Source: Streblomastix strix
Lineage: Eukaryota
NCBI GenBank assembly: GCA_008636045.1
Contig: SNRW01000017.1
Location: 1-42,614, forward strand
Direction of reading: 5' to 3'
Length of the DNA stretch: 42,614 bases
Notes under the pieces: model-generated
Databases searched by the model: none
What the model was told of the DNA's origin: nothing
The model's input: only the letters and a program-made list of their open reading frames with translations
Position numbers and translations under genes: made by a program
Shown here: piece by piece, positions 38,810 to 42,614 of the stretch
How positions within the stretch are numbered: position 1 is the first letter of the stretch
How the letters are laid out: every line of letters begins with the position of its first letter

Positions 38810-40415
38810 TCAAATTGATCTTAATGTATCTCTATAAATTAGTTATCTACGCTCCTCTATTGTTGCTTAGTACTTATATTGTTTCTAAAAATGTCGAATA
38901 TTTATAATAAATAAATTAAAACAGTATCAATAAAATTTGTCATTAATTTTTTATATTTTATAAACCTTTTTGTGAATTATTACAACGACGACAATTAATG
39001 CTATTCCTACTGCTAATATAACTAATGATCCAAGAACAAAAGCTATAATTACTAATATATTATCCTACCACTTATTATTAAGTTTAAGTAGTGTAATAGA
39101 ATCCAATATGTCAGATTTATCTTAGAATGTTACACTAAAAGTCACACTATCTTTTTTTGCATCAGATCTACTCATATTGAACATTTTCTTGATATATTCT
39201 TTTATATTAGTAGTGTTCCAATCTTTAGATGAATTATAAATCATTAAAGCAGAATCTTATCCAATTTAATATTCATTTAAGTGGTGATTTTAGGAGAAAT
39301 TATTATAATTGAAATTGAAGTTAGAGTTTGGATTATGAGAAAACATGCAAATGCCTCCAGTTAAATCTCTTATATTGTGTTTGAATGTATTGCTTTTGAC
39401 AATAAATTCACTCCCACGACCATCATTTAGAGTTTTATCTGATAATTGTAAAGATCCTCCACTTCCTTTAATTCCATGACAATCAGCAAAGATATTATTT
39501 ATTATTTCTACTTTAGTTTTTTATTCTGTATAAATCTAAAATGTAAAATGGCTTCCAGTATTACTTGAATTTAGATTCAAAAATTTGCAATCTTTAATTA
39601 CAATCAAGGCATCTGGTATATCAGCTACAATATCAACTGGAGCTAAACCATATGAAGATATTAATGCATCTTAGAAAGTGCATTATCCAATAAATATATC
39701 AGGACAACTTCCAATAACAATCATAGTAATGTTCTATGGATAATTAATACTAACACCATTGAAAGAACTTTAGGTGATGTTGACTTTATTTGAATTCGCA
39801 GCAAATATCTGAACTGTATTATTTATTATTGTACCTTGAATAGACTAAAATGTGCATTTATAAACTGTAAGAGATGTATCATATTCTAAGCTACCAGCAT
39901 ATATGACGAAATTTGTTGGAGATATTGTGGAATCATTGAGAATTGAAAAGCGAAAAATAATGTTTGAAATTGTAAGATTACCTTGATGAAGTATTATCAT
40001 TTCTTACTATTATTCATTAATTAGCCAACTACATGATATAACATTTGCACCCTAGTAATTATTAAATATACAAAAAATGTATTTATATAAATAAATAATA
40101 AAACAAAAATTCAACCAATTAATAAAATAAATAAACCATAATATTAATTGTTAAGTTTTTGCTAATTTCTAAATATTCAACATGGTCATCATCCAACAAA
40201 TTTATTTCATATTAATCAGATTATGCGCATTCTTGATTCAGAGCATCAGCAACAGTCAGGCATGCTCCTTTAACTTTAGAACTAACATTCCAAATGCAAG
40301 ATTCATTTATTGATTAACATTGTGGTGGTTCAGAATTTATTTCGGGAATATGATTCGCATATGTGAAGAATGAATAAAATGTAAATGTCAGTGAAACTAG
40401 AAGGTAAATTATCAT
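38810..40415 (-). CDS. Type-I membrane beta-helix (pectin-lyase-like/Pmp-like) surface protein, copy B, intact
   Basis: MIIYLLVSLTFTFYSFFTYA signal peptide. Exons 1-2 translate without TGA or frameshift (FADCHGIKGSGGSLQL, FKHNIRDLTGGICM). TM ILVIIAFVLGSLVILAVGIALIVVVVII-HKK. TGA at 38810-38812. Confidence 0.85.
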
Positions 40416-40733
40416 CTTTTAAGAAGAAGAAAAAAATAAAAGATAAATGTTAATTACTAAATTAAAATTGTATAAAATTATTGAATAATAAATATAAATG
40501 ATATATAATAAAAATTAAATAAATTTTACGTATTTTTTATTACTTTATGAAGGGAAAGAGGTAAATTAATTTTAACTGCGTTTTCTCTGTTATTCATCCA
40601 TCTTTTGTATGAAAAAATATGTTTAAGGTTCTGTATATTAAATATAATACTGTTATTACCGTATATGTCTGTTTTATGGACCAGATGATGAGAATTTTAG
40701 CAATAGAAATTTTATTAAATGGTTTTAAACCTA

Positions 40734-42614
40734 GAAAATAAATATTATTTAGATAATTAAGTAGAATTTGAATCACATGAAATAGAATCATTAGAATATA
40801 AACAAAAAACTGAAATATAAGAGTTAACAATAATAAATAAACAAGAAAATTCCTTACCTATTTAAATAACGGGTCAATAAATCCCTAAAATTTCTTTACC
40901 AATATAGAATAGAAAAGTTATATATGCTTAATGAACTCTAAAACAACCAATAAAGAAAAGAATTTAAGTTTAATCTTCTAAAATGTAAGCAGAATAATAA
41001 TAATAACAATTATAAAATAAATTACTTCAATCACAATAATAAGAATAAATAATTTCATTTCATCATTTCATTGATATTTCATATTAAAAATCGCTGTAAA
41101 TTGTATTGAATAATAAAAATGAAGTGAATAAATAAGAAAAAGAATAATTTGGAGGAATAGGAGGAAATGAAAGCGAAGAAATTGATAATATAAATAATAA
41201 ATATAATAACATCCATTATGAAACATTCAAATAATAATCATTGGAATAAGAATAAGAAATGTAATAAGAAGATCCTGAAATGGAATAATTGTTGAATAAA
41301 TTGAATAAAGTAGATAATCGTTTCAAACTTCCTACATTATCCAAAGAATAACAACTTTCATTTGATAGACTCATTTCATTACAAGCAGGCGAGAATTAAT
41401 CTTCTACATCATCAATGAAACATCTAAGTCCATCATATTATCTTCTTTCACCTTCTTCTTCATCTTCATCTTCAATCTTATCACATAAGCAATTCCAATA
41501 CTTAATAGAACACTTCTTAATCATAATCATCTTCTTCTTCTATTCTGTAACAACTACAATCTCAATCTTCATTGAGCCATATTCTATCTGAGAATAATAG
41601 TTATATTAGTAGCAGTTACTAATAATGTCTATTTCCTGATTAGATTCAGGTGCAGACTTAAAGGAGTAATAATATTTCGAATGTAGATAAGTAAGATATT
41701 GAAAAAATGTAGAATAATAACAATTAATAAAGTGAGTAATTATAATATAAATAAGATCAGAATTAAGTTGATTAATAAACTTACATTCTTTTATAATAAT
41801 AATTGTAACAGCAATAAATTCAATAAATGCAAATTCTATAACAATAATAATAACTATAATAATAGTTACTAAATATAAATATGAATAAACAATTATAAGG
41901 AAAAAAAGAAACAAATTAATAGAAATAATAACAATAATAATAATCTTCATCATCAACAGACAAATCAAACAATAGTTTTGAAGGTCAAATTGGATAGAAG
42001 TAAAACTCATATTAAGAATAAGACGATGAATATGAAATTAGAAGATAAAGTTAATCAAAAATTAATAAATAATGAAATTGGAAAAACTAATTAAATTCGA
42101 AAATTGGATAAAAAAAACAAAAGAAAGGAATAAAAATTCAATTAAATAATTCAGAGAGAAAAGAAAAAGTTGAAATGATTAAGACAAATAAACCTAAAAT
42201 GATTGAGAATTTGAATGAAAAATAAATAAAGAAAAATAAAATTATTTCAAAAAGAAAAAAAATCATATAAAGTTAGGAATGAGAAAAATAGAATCCCATA
42301 AAAGTAAAACAAAAAAAAATATAATTATTAAAGAATTAAAATACATTATAATCATAGGATGATGAAGATTATGAAGATGAAAAGAATTATTATGAATTTT
42401 AAGATTATGAAGAACATGATGAATCCAACATATTTATTTCAGATACATAATATGATTTAATAACTGAATAAAATATAAATAAAATAAAAGATGGCAAATG
42501 GGAGTCATAGTTGATAACCAAAATCGAGTAACTTTCTTCATCATATTCAGACATACCATCAACATTTTGCATGAGAGATCTATTCGATATCTTATTAATT
42601 GGCTCTATTATGTT
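40734..42614 (+). pseudogene. 5'-truncated inverted copy of the TmcB-like gene segment 18173-20085; runs off the window end
   Basis: Reverse complement of 20085 to 18173 with indels. In-frame TGA at 40932-40934 where the original has TAA (Gln). Confidence 0.85.

Larger units (their letters stand above)
37727..40734 (-). repeat. Inverted segmental duplication of about 13541-16560
   Basis: Reverse complement aligns from 37727 (=16560) through the surface-protein gene to about 40650 (=13626), with weaker similarity to about 40734 (=13543). Confidence 0.9.

Overview
Very AT-rich, intron-containing eukaryotic DNA that uses the ciliate-type code (TAA/TAG = Gln, TGA = stop), so the supplied ORF track fragments almost every gene. 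The code and gene families suggest an oxymonad such as Streblomastix strix (inference). The first 11 kb is a transposon nest: a ~200-bp fold-back element, three ~990-bp hAT-like non-autonomous elements (two with perfect 8-bp TSDs), and a decayed DIRS-type retrotransposon (ORF1, RT-RNaseH-adenine methyltransferase, tyrosine recombinase). The rest holds two F-box/SPRY-like genes, two paralogous beta-helix type-I surface proteins, a ~9-kb TmcB/TmcC-like multipass membrane gene, an intronless 531-aa hypothetical gene, a C-lobe-only pseudokinase with a long Q/N tail, proteasome beta2 and V-ATPase subunit c. The right end is an inverted, rearranged duplication of about 13.5-20.1 kb. The best lead is a C-terminal hemerythrin-like domain on the TmcB-like protein that keeps the Fe1 ligands but lacks both His ligands of the O2-binding Fe2. 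All translations and alignments were done by eye.
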